Shown here one piece after another: positions 37,558 to 51,216 of a stretch of DNA of 64,000 bases; within the stretch, counting starts at the first letter, position 1, and the number at the start of each line of letters is the position of its first letter. The position numbers and the translations under genes are program-made. Origin of the DNA: Amoebophrya sp. A120 (Eukaryota > Protista > Dinoflagellata); the NCBI GenBank assembly GCA_905178155.1, contig CAJINV010000004.1, positions 4,938,619 to 5,002,618 on the forward strand, read 5' to 3'. The notes beneath the pieces are model-generated. The model was given only the letters and a program-made list of their open reading frames with translations, searched no databases and was not told where the DNA came from.

Positions 37558-38473
37558 GGTTCTTGTTTTGGGCGTTCCTTTATTCACAAATCTTTGCACT
37601 TTTCAAGTTCCTCTTTTTGCTCTCCTTCCGTAGCACTTCTAGATGAGAGTATTTTTTTTTCCACAAAGGTCGTGAGGGTGACAGATCATGAAAACAGTGG
37701 CGACTTGGACTTCCTCTACTTTCTTTTTTCGTACAACAATCAAAAATGATATATTGTTTTTCTATCGTTTGTTTGGTGCTGTCGACAGAAATTTACGACA
37801 ATGCGCTCGCAAACAAATCGCATCGAAGTTTCGGTGCACTGTACCTCTCGCTCAAGACTGTGGAACTCTGTACGACCGAACAAGTGAGAGTGACACACCA
37901 GCACGACGAGACATTCTCGATTAGCTTCTGGTGCGATAAGGAAAAAGTAGAAGGAACAGGACAAGAACAAGCTGTTCAATATTACCACTTACGACGAGAC
38001 GAAACAACTGCAACCGCGACTGTAATAAAGACACTTGCAGTTGTACTAGGAAAGCTTTTCTTTTCGTGGGGCGCGTGCCGAATAGAATAAATGCAAATGC
38101 TGAATAGTCTACATAGTCGTTTGTTTTTCTCTTTTTATCCTCAACAACACCTCTTGTGAAGTGGATTTTTAAAGCAGGTACAGGTAGAGTTTTTGTCTTC
38201 GCCGCATATGCGCAATGCCAGCATCCGCCCCACGCACGACACGAGAAAGATGTGACAACCACGTCTCCAGCAACAACCACTCGTGATGTATGACAATTGC
38301 AAAAAAAATGTAGTATGATGCGTCCTCCTCGTCCTCGTGGAGGTGTGCGGGGGGGGCAACGAATAGATGGATCGCATGCACCAGGTGGTCCACGCGGCAC
38401 TGACGCCAGGATCAGCGTGGAAAAAATGCGCAATCGTTCATCCGGCTTTCTCTCAGCCACGAGAAGACGTCTT

Positions 38474-41400
38474 CTACACCGCATCCAACGCGTCGGACAG
38501 GTCCTTCGTGGCCGCTTTGTAATCCTTTGCCAAAATGGCCGCTGCCCGCTCCATGCGGGTAACGTCCACTAAAATCCCCGCGTCCAATAACGGCGGCTTC
38601 GCGGTAAAGCAGCTGGGGAAGCAGTGGGCAAACTTTGGCAGGTCCATATTTTCCTCAAACGTGTACACCTCGCTGTTGCGAAACGGGTTCTTCAAAGGAC
38701 TTGAGTGTCGGGAGCTCGCGGCCAGTGCGGCTGCCGCACTGCTAGAATGTCTCGGAGTCGACCGCATCGACAAGACACTATTATTTGAAGTGACAACGGG
38801 GAGCTGCTGGTCTGGTTTTGTTTGCTCGTTGCTCTCTGAAGACACATCCAGGCCAGCACTTGAAGCTGCTGCAGCTCCATTTTGATTCGTTCCAATAGCC
38901 GCGCCCGTTGGTGATTGTGGTCTGGAGCCCCCTACCGTGCTTGCCACTGCGAAGACCTCGCCGTCGCTGGCGTATAATAGTGCACAACTCCCCCTCCCCC
39001 TCATTTGTATAGCATGAACGGCAATACAAGCATCAGCAAGAATGCCGGCTTTGCACGACAAATTTGGAATGGAGTATAGTGCTATTTGGGCTACCTGAAC
39101 TTGTCATGCAAACAGTGCCAAGAGGCGAAGGGTGGAATGGGTATTTTGCATGACAAATGAGGGGGAGGGGGAGTTATGCACTGTCATATGGCGGCACTGC
39201 GTTCGCGAACGAGAATGTGCTCGGGGCTTATATCAAATGCAAAAGCATCGTACTCGTACTAATCGCAGATATGCACGACAAATCTGGCTCCCAAGGTAAA
39301 TCAGCATGACAAATTCCATTTTCCATTCTGAGGAAATTTGTCATGCGATTTATACTAGTACGATACTTTTGCAATGCATAGCTGACAACGGAAGATGATT
39401 TACTGTAGAGCCGGTCATTAACCTGGTTTGATGATGATGTGTTCCTCGGTTTGGGTAGTATCCCAATTTCGGAGAGCGCCTGCTGCGAAAACGTCTTTAT
39501 GCCGCTGTCCTCGGGTATGTTGGCCAACGCGTCAAAGTCGTCCTCAAGTCGTGGTCCAGCAGGATTTGTGTGGGCGAGAACTTCGTCGCTTCGTTCTCGC
39601 CACATCGGCTCCTCATGGTCCTCCTCCCGGTCGCTCAACCCGCCGACCTCGGGCACTTTGCTACTGATGGCTACCGTGTCGGAGTCCGCGCGTTTGAAAA
39701 GAGCTGGGGACGGGGAGAACGGTCTGTTGGATTGATTTGCGAATGCATTTGCTGCGGTCGTGGAAGAGGAGGAAGCAGCCCCACTACCTGATATGGCACC
39801 TGCACTTTGGCCCCCATCTTGCCCGCTGCTGTCATTGCCGCTCGCAGACGTTGACACCGGGGTTGGCGGCTGTCTGGCCATCTTCTGCGCTTCCCGCACT
39901 TCCTTCCAGTGCTCCCGTGTCGTGCGGTTCGTGAAAACTAAAAACACGTGGTACACCCACACGGCAGCGCCGAACAGAAACGCCGCGACGAAAACGCAAC
40001 CGATCAAAACGCCAACCCATAAACCCACCGTTAATAAATTCCCTCCGTCGTCCTTGCTGTCGTCGGTTTTTTTACCCCCCGATTCGCCACTACTTTTCCC
40101 ATCGTCCGCACTCACGACGTAGACGATGGAGGGCAACACGAGGATTCCCAGGCAGAAGACTGCCGTGACGAAGCCGAAGAAGGATGGGTAGTTGCGTATG
40201 CAATACAAATTTCCCGCACATGATGTACAAGATGCGTCACAAATTTCACCAATTTGGAGCGTAAGACCTGTCATGCTAAACTAGGATCGAAGCCAAGTTT
40301 TGTCATGCAGAGACTGCGTTTGCACGTGTGCGGGATATTTACCGGGGATATTCCGCTCGCCGATGCAGTTGTTCACAAACGGACAGTGGTGATCGAACCG
40401 CAAGACGCAGTTGTCGCAGAACGAACAGTGTGACGCCCGCGGCGGCCGTATGATCTGGCAGGTGGAGCAGTGGCGGTAGCCAAGCTTGTACATATGCTCG
40501 GGGGTGAGATTATCGCCGTATCCGGCGCGCTGAAAATGTGTGCGCCGCATGTCCCTTTCTAGCTGCAGGAAGCGGGGCGGGTAGGCACTGCTGCTGTTTC
40601 TTTCTCCGCCGCCGGGGCTGGTTGTTCCGTCGGCAGGCAGACAGATCAAGGGCTCCTGATCTTCTTCGTCTGGTTTGTTATTGTTGTTTTGCTCCACGAC
40701 AACCTCTCGGCGCTCGAATTCGCGAACATTTTGGTACACATCGACGGCCGTCGAACTTGCTGCAGCACTATTTCCTTGTGGTCCACCACCTCCAACGTCC
40801 AGAGCTCCTCCTGCTGGTGCAGCAGCAGTGTGACTTCCGTCCACCAAAATCGCCCCACTACAGCTAGTATGCATTGCAAAAGTATCGTACTAGTATAAAT
40901 TGCATCACAAATTTTTTCAAGAAGCAAAATGGAATTTGTAATGCTGATTTACCTAGAAAGGGATATTTGTAATGCATGATAGCAATTACTACGAGTACGA
41001 TACTTTTGCACAGGATAGCTAGGTGGGCGCAAATCCTGGATGCGACTGCTAGCGACCAGTGCTGATAGCTTCGGCTTCTCCGGCGAGTTTGCGTCCGTGG
41101 GGGCGCACTTGTCCGGAGAATCTATGTCGTCGTCGATGGAAAGCACGCAAGAGGACGCGGAGCTGCCTCCAGGAGCAAGGAGAACTCCGGTTTCATCTTG
41201 TTCGCCACTGTTTCGATGGAACGAATTATGCGCTGCGATCTCCGATAAGTACGGTTCACGAGGTATCCTGAGTAAAAACGTCCCCACCCCAGAGTTGTCA
41301 TGCAGATTTGCCATGACAGGAACATTTGTGATGCGCAACCCCATGACAGGCATTTTCAATCGTGTTTGGGAACTTGTAATGCTGTAAACAGGATCAAAAG

Positions 41401-42798
41401 GTCGATTTGTGATGCGGCTTTCCTTGCTAACTTGCACTACCTTACGGACTGAAACTTGTCATGCGTGACTCCTAAAACTCCTAGGTTTGTGTTGCAAAAT
41501 CCCCATATTGACTCTGGTGTGGGGACGTTTTTAATCAGGATACGAGGACCACCCGCCAATCCTGCTGTACCCTCCTCGCCAGCAGCACCAGCCCCACTAC
41601 TTCTGTAGTTTCCACCTGACTTGCTCCTCACCTCGTGGTCGCCGCGATAGATTTGGTGGTACTGCAGAATCGCTTTTGCCTGCGGGTACTTCGCATACCT
41701 GTTTTTTTCCGGGGACTTCCGCGCCGGACTGCGACTACGCGAGGGGGAGGACGATGTGCTTATCGAGGCAGAAGCTCCTGGACCTGCTTGTACGAATTGC
41801 TGCGAGGTGGTGGAGCTACTGCTTGGAAACGGGCCGAGAGTCGTGTCTGCGTTCTTTCCTATCAGTCGCTCACCTGCTTCCACAGCGGACTCATCGGAGG
41901 AAGAGGAAGTGGGCTTCTGCAAATCGTGTTGTCCCTCGAAATTATTTGTCGCACCATTCCGACCTGCACTTGGAGAAGACGCGAAAACTGCGATTGGTGG
42001 GCCGACCATGGTGGGCTGCACATTTTTGTCGCCGTTGATGTTTGGCTTGTTTGAGTTTGTTGTAGTTGATGTTCCCAGCACGAGCACCTTTGAAGATGAT
42101 CCAACAGTGGGTGATTTGACACCTGGTCTCGACGAAGATGCTGTACCTCCTCCGCGCAAACCACCATTCAATGGCGAAGAAACACCACCACCAGCAGCTG
42201 CACCACTACCATTACCCCCGTTGCTGTACAAAGTGTCGTTTTTCCCGACCAACACCAACTTCAGCCGCTCCAAGTCGCGCTTGGCAAGTCCGGTGAGCAG
42301 ATCGTACCCGAGTTTGTGGATCATGCTGGCCCGATACCTGACGTCCGAAGCCAGGAGGACCGCGCCCTTCGGAATCACCCCCGGATCGTTCAGTTCCGTC
42401 CACCCCAACAACACCACGCAGAGGAAAAACACGATCGCCGTGCACAGCGGCAACGCGTAGATACCGCGGTCCAGGAAGTAGGGGACACAGATGAAAGCGT
42501 AGATGACGCAGGGGGTGAGGATCGCGATCCATGTGAAGATGTTCGCGCAGGAAAGGTTGCGGAAGTAGCAGCACTCGCACTCCTGGTTGCGGTTCATGCT
42601 GTGGCCGGTGAAGCAAAACCCGTAGCAGAGGAACCGGGAGCCGGTGGGGTAAACCTCATGGAGCTGGCGGAGGCTCGGGTTCTTGCGGAGAAAGTTATTC
42701 GCCGCAGCTGGTGGGCTAGCTTTGGGGGTTGCAGGAGGGGGACCCCCAACTCCAAGGGGGCCAGTTTTCATCAGGTTCTGGTGCTCGGGCGAAGACAT
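38474..42798 (-). CDS. DHHC palmitoyltransferase (Erf2/ZDHHC9-14-18-like) with long low-complexity insertions
   Basis: Two TM helices, [46 protein letters not shown]|YPSFFGFV, two more TM helices, TNRTTRE. Five introners splice out in frame. Confidence 0.93.
38973..39188. mobile_element. Introner family C (216 bp)
   Basis: Family C TIRs; direct repeat tggcg; sister of 52135-52367. Confidence 0.92.
39231..39380. mobile_element. Introner family B (150 bp)
   Basis: Family B TIRs; direct repeat gctta/gctga. Confidence 0.9.
40197..40350. mobile_element. Introner family F (154 bp)
   Basis: Imperfect TIR TAT-N7-AAAT(T/A)TCCCGCACA; direct repeat ttgcg/ttccg; removal rebuilds the conserved GERNY motif. 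Confidence 0.88.
40868..41017. mobile_element. Introner family B (150 bp)
   Basis: Family B TIRs; direct repeat gctag. Confidence 0.93.
41264..41542. mobile_element. Introner family E (279 bp)
   Basis: TIR TATCCTGA(G/T)TAAAAACGTCCCCAC(C/A)CCAGAGT; direct repeat cgagg. Confidence 0.93.
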
Positions 42799-43289
42799 CG
42801 TGGGCGGTTAGCGGACGGCGATTGAGTTTTTAATGTGCGCTTGCGCTCCCAGGAAGGATGAGCATCATCGTCAGCGCCAGAGCCACAGCGAGAATCACAA
42901 CGAACGACGCAGATGCTTCGCAGGAACTATAAACTGAAATTGCTTTAATGTTCGCCATACATACGTATTTCGGACGCGGCACATTATTCGGGCTGCGCGT
43001 CGTGGAAGGTCCCCACCCACACACGTCGTTTCACTCACGCGGCCACTTCTCGATGAGTCCTGGCTCACACTTGCAGACAATATAGACTTTTGATGCTCCC
43101 GAAGGAATGGCTTTGCTCAAAATTTTAATTTGGCAGCGCTCACTACAACAACACTCACTTTGACAGGCACAGAGCTTGCTGGCCCGCTACTTTCGATTAA
43201 TGGTTTGCCACCAAGAAAGGAAAACCAGAAACCCGCTGCGCAATGGCAATTGGTCGCAATTGTCACAACGGCGGCGGGCGCCGGTTATT

Positions 43290-45500
43290 TTTTATCTTTT
43301 GCGGGGAGATAATGGCGCAGACGCGATCGCGTCATCAGGAATCTCGGTAGCCGATGAACCTTGCCGGCAAGGATGGAGAAGCAACAATGCGGCCATCGTT
43401 CGACACGGCGGGCCGGGCGCCTGACTATATAGAGCCGCGGCGCGCCAGTCAATCACGCGGAGCACCAACGAACCTGCACCAGGCGAGGCCCCACCGCCCG
43501 CCACCCAACGACAAAATAAAAACGCCGGGCCCGCTCCCAATGACAGGGGCCGCGCGCAAATCCTAATGGGGGCAGAAGCTCCAAAGCCCGGCCGGGGGCC
43601 CAGCACGCAGGGCAGCGCGCCGCGCGCGCGCAGGCATACAAACACTGCAGAAAGGCAGGCGCGGGGCAGGGGGGGAGGGCCACCGGCTGCGCGGCACACA
43701 GGGGGAGACCCAACACACTGGGCCGGGCGGTAACCCGCGGCCGCCCTCGCCGGTAGCCGCCAAAAAGCCCACACAAGAGCCAAGGGGGCGGGCGCGCCCT
43801 CGCTCCCGCCAATGCCTGCGCGGGCGAAGGAGGTCGGAACAGAACAAACCGCGCGCGCGCCCCGTAGCTGTTGGAGGATTGCACTGCGGCGCGCGCCCGC
43901 CAAGCAGCTGGCTCTTCGTCCAGCGCCGGCTCCCTCGTTACTCCGAAACGGCGCCAGCCTGCAACGCGGCCGCCTGCGCAGCGCCCACACAGGCATAGCG
44001 GCTGGTCGCCGCCCTCCAGTCATATCGCCTCAGGGGCGGGCGCGATCGCGCGCCCCCTTTCAAGAGGGGCGGCCGGTGTCAGTGAATGCCGTAGGCAACT
44101 CCAAACACGTCCTCACGGCGCCAAACAATGACAACTGGCGCCATCTTTCTATATTAGTCGTAGGTGCTTCGGCATAGTAGTTCGTCGACACGTTACTAGT
44201 CATTAGATCACACATCGTGGAAACTAACTCACACAAACTCAAAACAACCACGCGCCACATCGACACGCTAACACTGTCCTTCTCAACACTCATTCATCTC
44301 ATTGCCCATTTACTACTTTGTCCCACGTGGATGTGGCCGGCACAAAATGACGCTTCTGCTCATCATTTGCAACCGCTCATTGCAACAACCTTCCGCTAAG
44401 AGCAGGACCTGAAGATGGGCCACTGCTTTCGCTCAATGGTATCTCAACACAGGTGGTGGAAAACAATCGTCAAAAACGCAAACATGTGTCCCCCGTGCTG
44501 GAGTTCTAAGTATAGACGCAAGCGAAACATGTTAAGCCATCTAGATCTATGATGTATCGCCCTGAAGGTGGCGACGCTGACGGACGGTTCTACAAGGAGA
44601 CAAGGGCCCTGCTGTGTAGTTAGCCCGGCCGGCAAGCAACTGTGCGGCCATCGACAGGATGGGCACGGCGCCCAACGAAAAAGGGCTGGGCACCCATGTG
44701 CCGTACGAGTCACACCTGAGCCAGAGAGCCCGCCGCCCGGACGCACTCACGCAAAAGAACGGGCACCGGCGCTCGCACAAACCTGCAAGGCAACGGCCCA
44801 ACAATCCGGAGGAAGAAACCATTTCGAAGCGGCGCGGCCTCCGCGTGGCACATGGCCGCCCACCGGCTGGACCCGCGGCTGGCACAAAGAGAGGCCGGCG
44901 CGTTTGCCGGGCGGCCGGGGGCGGGGCCACATCGCCGCCCGGCCGAGAGCTGGGGCCAGATAGGCCGCGCCGGGAGGGGGCGCGCGCGCCCCTTTGCGCG
45001 GGCCCGGGCGCAAGGGCTACTCGCGCCCCTGCAGGCGATATCACCTGGGCAGGGCCTCGGCTGCGTCCTTCTTGGGCGGGCGGAGCAGGTGACGACTTCT
45101 CCTCCTCGAAGTTTTTCGCAAAGTCGATCTCGCAGGCGCACGCCCGGCCGCTCCCGACCCACGTTGTGCGCGCACTCCCTCTCCGCCTGCCGCCCTAAAG
45201 ACCGGCGCACCTGCATGCTACGCGCTGCAAAATCTAGTTAATCGCGGGACCTCCCTCCGGTTGCAATCGCCCGGTCGGGGCGGTGGTGCGGCAGAAAACA
45301 CGAGACACAAACACAGACCTGCGCCCGAACATGCCGGCGATGAACATGCGTCACCTGGACACCTGCACGACCGCAAGCGCAATCCTCGCTGGGTCAGGTC
45401 TGCATGCGCCGAGCACGTTTTTGACAAAACGAGTGAGCCAATTTACAACTGGATGTGGTTCTTATTCTTGGAGGCCGCGCGCGCCGATGCAAACCGCCTA
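43290..45500. other. GC/CpG-rich intergenic block, probably repeat-derived; boundaries approximate
   Basis: Composition resembles the interior of 6897-10752; only GC-biased spurious ORFs; no TIR or TSD found. Confidence 0.35.
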
Positions 45501-46065
45501 TTCCTCCATCACCCTCGCCCTCATTATTTTATTTTCGTCTCTCTTTCTCTCTCTGCCTTTACCTTTCCAGGCGCAGGTGAGACTGTGACTGAGAAACCCT
45601 GCTCCCTCACAACTTCTTGCTCTCGTCAACAGGACCGGGCCAAACTTGTGTTCTACGCACCTGTAGTCACAGTCAGTCTGGTCGCCAACTACTTCTCACG
45701 GAACGAACAACAAGCGTGTAACCCGCCTAGTGCACTGGATGTCTCCTCTGGGCAGTCTTCCCAGCCAAAAGCCACAAGGCGTCGAACTAGGCATTGGATC
45801 TAAATCTTATTTTCAAACACAAGAGAAGTAGACGTGAACATTTTCAAATACGGTGGTTTCGAATTCGATCAACTTCAAAGTGAAAGCTTTCAAACTCAAA
45901 TCAAACCAAAATCAATGCACCAGCTCCAGCACTTTGCCGGTAGATATCCTCCAACATGTGGCGAAAAAACTATTCCCCGTTGAGAAGATCCTCGGACGAT
46001 TGCGTGGAAAAGATCCTCATCATCGTGCTGGAAAAACTTCTCGAACGAAGATTTCGCTCTGCTCA

Positions 46066-49000
46066 TCATGGAATTTCGTATTTGAGCGCCGCTGGCTTTT
46101 TCTGTTGTTCCGGGTCTTTCACGTAGTTCTGTGGCAAAAGTAGACCCTCTTCCGGTTCGGGAGTTCCCTTTCTCTTCACTTTCTTCTCTCCAGTTTTCTT
46201 CCCCCGGCCCGGACTTTGATGCGCTGGCGGTGTCGGAGCGCCACCTCCTGGCGATGGCGGTGGAACAGCTGGCGTTTGCGGTGCCGCAGCCTTGCGCTTT
46301 GCCCGAACTTTCTTTCTGCCACTGGCCGACGAGTGCTGCGGGTCGTCGTCGTCGCCACTCTCGTCGTTGGTTTCACCTCCCGCTCCCTTCCCCGGCGATA
46401 CCTTCTTCTTCGCGGTTCGCTTCTTGCCGGCAGCGGCGGCTTTCTTGGCGCGCCCGCGGGCCGGTGCACCAGCACCTTGCTGCCCATCGCTGTGCTGCTC
46501 TTCTTGATCCCCGGGCGCTCCTCCGGCGGGTGCTGGTACTATTGCGGGGATGGCTTTCTTGGGCGCGGCGGGCGCTGGCATACTAGGACTCGGTCCCCTG
46601 CCACCCATGAAGGGCGATCCGGGGAGCGACATGCCCTCCACATCCGCATTTTCTTCCATTTTCCGCAGGTTGCGCTCAATCGTGCCCTGCGACAACGGCA
46701 TCACGTTCATACCGGGCGGCGGTGTGGCGGCCGCCACCGCCGCTTCCTGCTGGCTGGGCCGTTTTATGCCCTCGGACTGGATAAAGTACGCGTCTCCGTA
46801 GTCCATGTCCTGCGTATTTGTATCGGAATTTCCGCCGGCCCGGTTCTTATTGGAAGCGGTACTTTCTTTACTTATTCTCGCATTCCCTTTACTGTCTTTG
46901 CTATGCTTGCTATCTGTAGTGTTTCGTTTCTTCGTCCCTTTCGCTTTGGCCTTCGCCTTCTTCTTCGGGTGCTGCTTTGCAGTGGCCGAATTGTCGCTGG
47001 ACTTACTGGTACTTCCCCCCCGGCTCCCCGCCTGCTGGGGAGCGCCGCTGCCCGCGACTAGCCCGCTCCCGGCGTGCTGGTGGCTCCCGACGTGCTGGTG
47101 GCTCCCCGTGGCCGAGTGGGCGAAGGACGATCCCTCCGGCCCGGACTGTACTATCTGTACTACGCCATGTGGACCACCTCCGCTACTATCCGGGATAAAA
47201 CCCTGGCCGACGATGTTCACGGGCGGCAGCTTTTTCGGCTGAATTGGTTGATCCTGGTCCTCGTCAGCCTGGCTGCCACCGCCCTCCTCATCCTCTTCGT
47301 CCTCGTCGAATTCTTCATCGTCTTTCGAGGTGACAGCGGCGATGATGTCTTTTTTGCGTTTCTGCTTCGAGGCCTCCTGGCTCATCGGCTCGATGGAGCC
47401 CGGATTGCTCATCGGTGCTCCGCTATCCTGTGCAAAAGTATCGCACTCGTAGTAATTGCAATCATGCATGACAAATTGCCCATCTTAGGCAAATCAGCAC
47501 TACAAATTGCACTTTCCTCTTTGAAAAAAATTGTAATGCAATTTATACTAGTACGATACTTTTGTAATGCATATCCGCCGTTGCTAAACAAATCCCCCGG
47601 CGTGCTCGAAACCTTCCCGCCGGTCGCTGAATCCCGTGCAATGCGGTACGATTGCATCCCGCTCATCGCGCCCGGCATCTGCGAGGGCTCGTAGGACCCC
47701 TGGTGGTAGTTCTTCATCGGGAGCGGCACCGCCCCGGGGTCGAAACCGACCTCGCCGGTGGGCAGCACCATTTGACTCGCGCCCATCAGCTGCGAGGGGG
47801 CAAACTGCTGCGACTGGCCCGCCTGCACGGAGGGGAGGTAAGATTGCACGTTCTGTGTCCCCGGGGCGTCCGCCTGCACGTTGGTGTTCACCATGACCTC
47901 GCCCCCGAAAACCCCGGAAGTCGGCAACGGCTGGGCCTCTTCGTCGCCGTCGTCTTCATCAGCCCCATCCTTGGCTTCGCCAGAGCCGTCCTCTTCACAT
48001 ATCGAGTCTTAGAAAACCTATGAACTTCATCCCATTTTCAAGCGAACAGAGAAATTACTTATATATATGCCCATATGGAAGATTTGGACCACTTATGTTC
48101 TTTCTTATCTTTACGTATACCCCTGCGGTCAACGATATTAGAGCTCTTCCAGTTCTGATTTGGATGGTCGTTTCTTTGTGGAGACAAAAATCGTGCGCAA
48201 ATAAAGTCCGTCTCCACGACATGATAGCTGATGAACAACGTGAAAACCGAAAACGAAATTATTTCAACGTACAAGGCGTGGCATGAAAATGGGAAGTTCA
48301 TAGTATTTTCGAATCTGATAACTTCGCCGTCCTCTTCGTCGTCCTCATCACCCTTTTTTGACTTATTTTGCACCACGAAGCTGTTTTGGAACCGCACGGG
48401 CTGCCAGTAGTCCTCCTGCTGCTTGTTCTTATCACGACACACCAAAAAGATGATGAGCACGATCCCGGCAAGTAAAATGCAGGCCACGATGCTCAGAATG
48501 CACACGGAGTTGTCGCCCGCTGCCGCGGGCGCATCAGATTCGTCGTCCCCGATCGTGCCTGTTCCGTCGCCTGGGAAAGAAGTGCTGGTGCCGTCCCCTT
48601 CGCCTTCCGTAACGGAATTACTGGCGGACTGCATTGCAGCTCCTCCTTCAGTTGCATTGCCAGCTGCCGCACCAGTTGGACTTGTGGGGGGCGCCTGCGG
48701 GGAGGCATTACCTGCAGCAGAGCCTCCTGTTTGCATCGCTTTTATGTCCGCTTTCGTGAGTGCGACACCCTTGCTCCCGTTTGCGTCAGTTCCACCCCCG
48801 CCTTCAGCACTACCTAAAAAAGTTGTTGTAGTAACATCTCCGCCTCCTGCTTCGGCAGCGACTGCACCTGTGGCAGCGCCACCACCACCGATTTTGTGTG
48901 TCGCTGGACCTGGAGGCAGAGGAACAAGAGAAGTTGAACTACGGCCATGGTCATCAACATCCACATCAGCTGCTGGCGCCTCCTCTTCCGGCAGCTGCTC

Positions 49001-50116
49001 CTTAGAGTTTCTATCTAGAAAGTTTATCGTCGCGCCGCCGGTCGCCGGAAATGCGGAGGGTCGTGGTCCGGGAGGGAAGTCGATGTCGCCGTGCCTTGTT
49101 TGCTGACTTCGTCCGCGTCGTGCGCCTTCCTTGTTACGAAGTTCTTGTCCCTCTTCTCTTAGTACTGTACTGACGCCGGTGTCGACTGTATTTTCGACAT
49201 CTTCATCGGCCACGCCATGGGCTCGTGGAGGTCTTCCATAATTTCCTATCTGACTTCTGTTTTCCTCGGATGAATGATCGTGTCCACCAACAGCATGATC
49301 TCGATCTTCAAGCTTCGCCGAAGGTTTTCGTTTTTGATGTCCTACGCTGTAGTCTCGTGCCGCGTCGTGAAGATGAATTTCACGGTCATCATCATCTCGC
49401 GTGCTGCTGATTATTGTGTGGAGAAACGTCGCTTCTTTATTCGGTTCCACGTCGTCCGTTCTTGTTTCGCCGGACCGTATCTCTTCCTGATCTACCTTGT
49501 CCCGCCGTCTGCTCCTTTCGCGCCGTCCTACTACCTTTTGAGCCGATGGAATATCTCTTCTAGGTGCTGGAACTGTTTCATTTTCTATTTCTTCTCGTCT
49601 CCTCCTGGCTGCGTAATCTGTTCTTGATGTTGTCCCAGCACTAGATGAAGCACCCGCACCAGTCGTCGTTCCACCCGCCCCCTCAACATTTCTATTTCTT
49701 TGCACAAAGCGGACAAAATCGATTTTCCGGTGGAGCTTTGATGTCCTCCGCTTTTCTTGTTGCAGCCGGAAGCCCAATACCACGCCGTCGCTGAACTTCA
49801 TTTCCTGCTGCTGGTGGCTTAGGAATAGAGTGCCCAAAAACGGGAACATATGATGTGCGGACAGGCAAGAACTCATGGTGGAGTAGTACGTCGACCCTTG
49901 TAAAAGTGCACCAGTCGTACATCGTATCGACGATTTGGCGGGAGGCTTGCGTGCGATTTTTGTTCTACGTAGGCGCGGTGCAGGTTCTCGGGCAGGCGCA
50001 GGAACGGAAGAAGCGGTCATACGGTGCTTTTTTTGGGTGTGGTCAGACGAGCTGTCTTCCTTTCTAATATAGATGCAAATGTGAATGTCTAATTGCCTAA
50101 TTGGTGGGGAGAGCAT
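46066..50116 (-). CDS. Large single-pass membrane protein, low complexity; start uncertain
   Basis: TM segment VCILSIVACILLAGIVLIIFLVC; join SNGG|APMSNPG across the element at 47424; ends LKYEIP*. Confidence 0.7.
47424..47573. mobile_element. Introner family B (150 bp)
   Basis: Family B TIRs; direct repeat tccgc. Confidence 0.93.
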
Positions 50117-51216
50117 GTATGATTAATGGAGATATCACATGGGTTTTACTTTTAGGGGCCCGGGGAGGGCCAGGAAGGACTTGTAAACAAAATACAATTC
50201 TGATTCGTGCGGGGAAGCAGAAACAGAGATGAAAACTGGTGTGTTTTTTATTGTTTGGTCGCGTTTTCGGTTTTCGACTTCAATCATAAATACAGAAAGT
50301 TTTGCAGCTGCAGCTTCTTTCTTGGAGGTTTCAGGAAGCCGCAATGCAAGTTACGAAAACGAAATAAAATCTCTTCGTTCATCAAAGGTACGAAAGGACG
50401 CTGATATTGCCGAACGAGGAAGATGATGATGAAGAAAACCGAGCATCATTTTTGCACAGGCGTACGAAGATGGTAATGGAACGAGTTGGAGTTGTCTCAG
50501 CACAGAGGTGGACTTCTGAGGACCGCGTCAAGGACGAGTTCTTGGCTCGCACGAAACCGATGCGAACATGCAACTTGATGATGCTGCAGCTGTTCAAAGT
50601 GAAGCTGATAAGACCGACAGAGGTTCAGGTACTACAACAACTCAGGTCTTACATACGGAGCAAGACAAATTCGAATTACAAACCGAGGACGACGACATAC
50701 AGGAAAAATATGCGCAACGGGGTCAAACAACAACTTCGTCGTGGAACGGGGGCGGCCCAATCTAAACATGACGCATGAAATTGACATTGCGACTAGGACC
50801 TTCTGCACCCAAACGAGGGAGGAGGAGATCAAAAAGATAATTGCACATCAGAAACTATCACTTTAATCGCAATTCTATTTCGTGTTCGATGACTTTTTCT
50901 AGTTTCATGCAATTTGTCTTTATGCAGCTAGAACGAGTGCAATTTGTTGTGCTAGAAGATGCCATATTTGTTGGGGGATTGTTCTATCGCGTAATGCTAG
51001 AACTGTTACTGTAGAAAAAAAGAAGCAGAAAAAGAATGAAGATGCAATTTTAGATGGGGTCGAGGGAGACAAATTGTATACTGAATTCATGCGAAAAAAC
51101 ATTTAATGTTACGATGAGGTTGCAAATACATACCACTGCAAGGAGAGGTGTTCAATAGAGATACGACATTCTTATGCAACATAAGCATGTCCTCTATCAG
51201 ATGCTTTCGATTTCGT

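Noticed and set aside
43290-45500. Possible second giant TIR element
   Set aside because: Composition is similar, but I could not find terminal repeats or a target duplication; kept only as a low-confidence block
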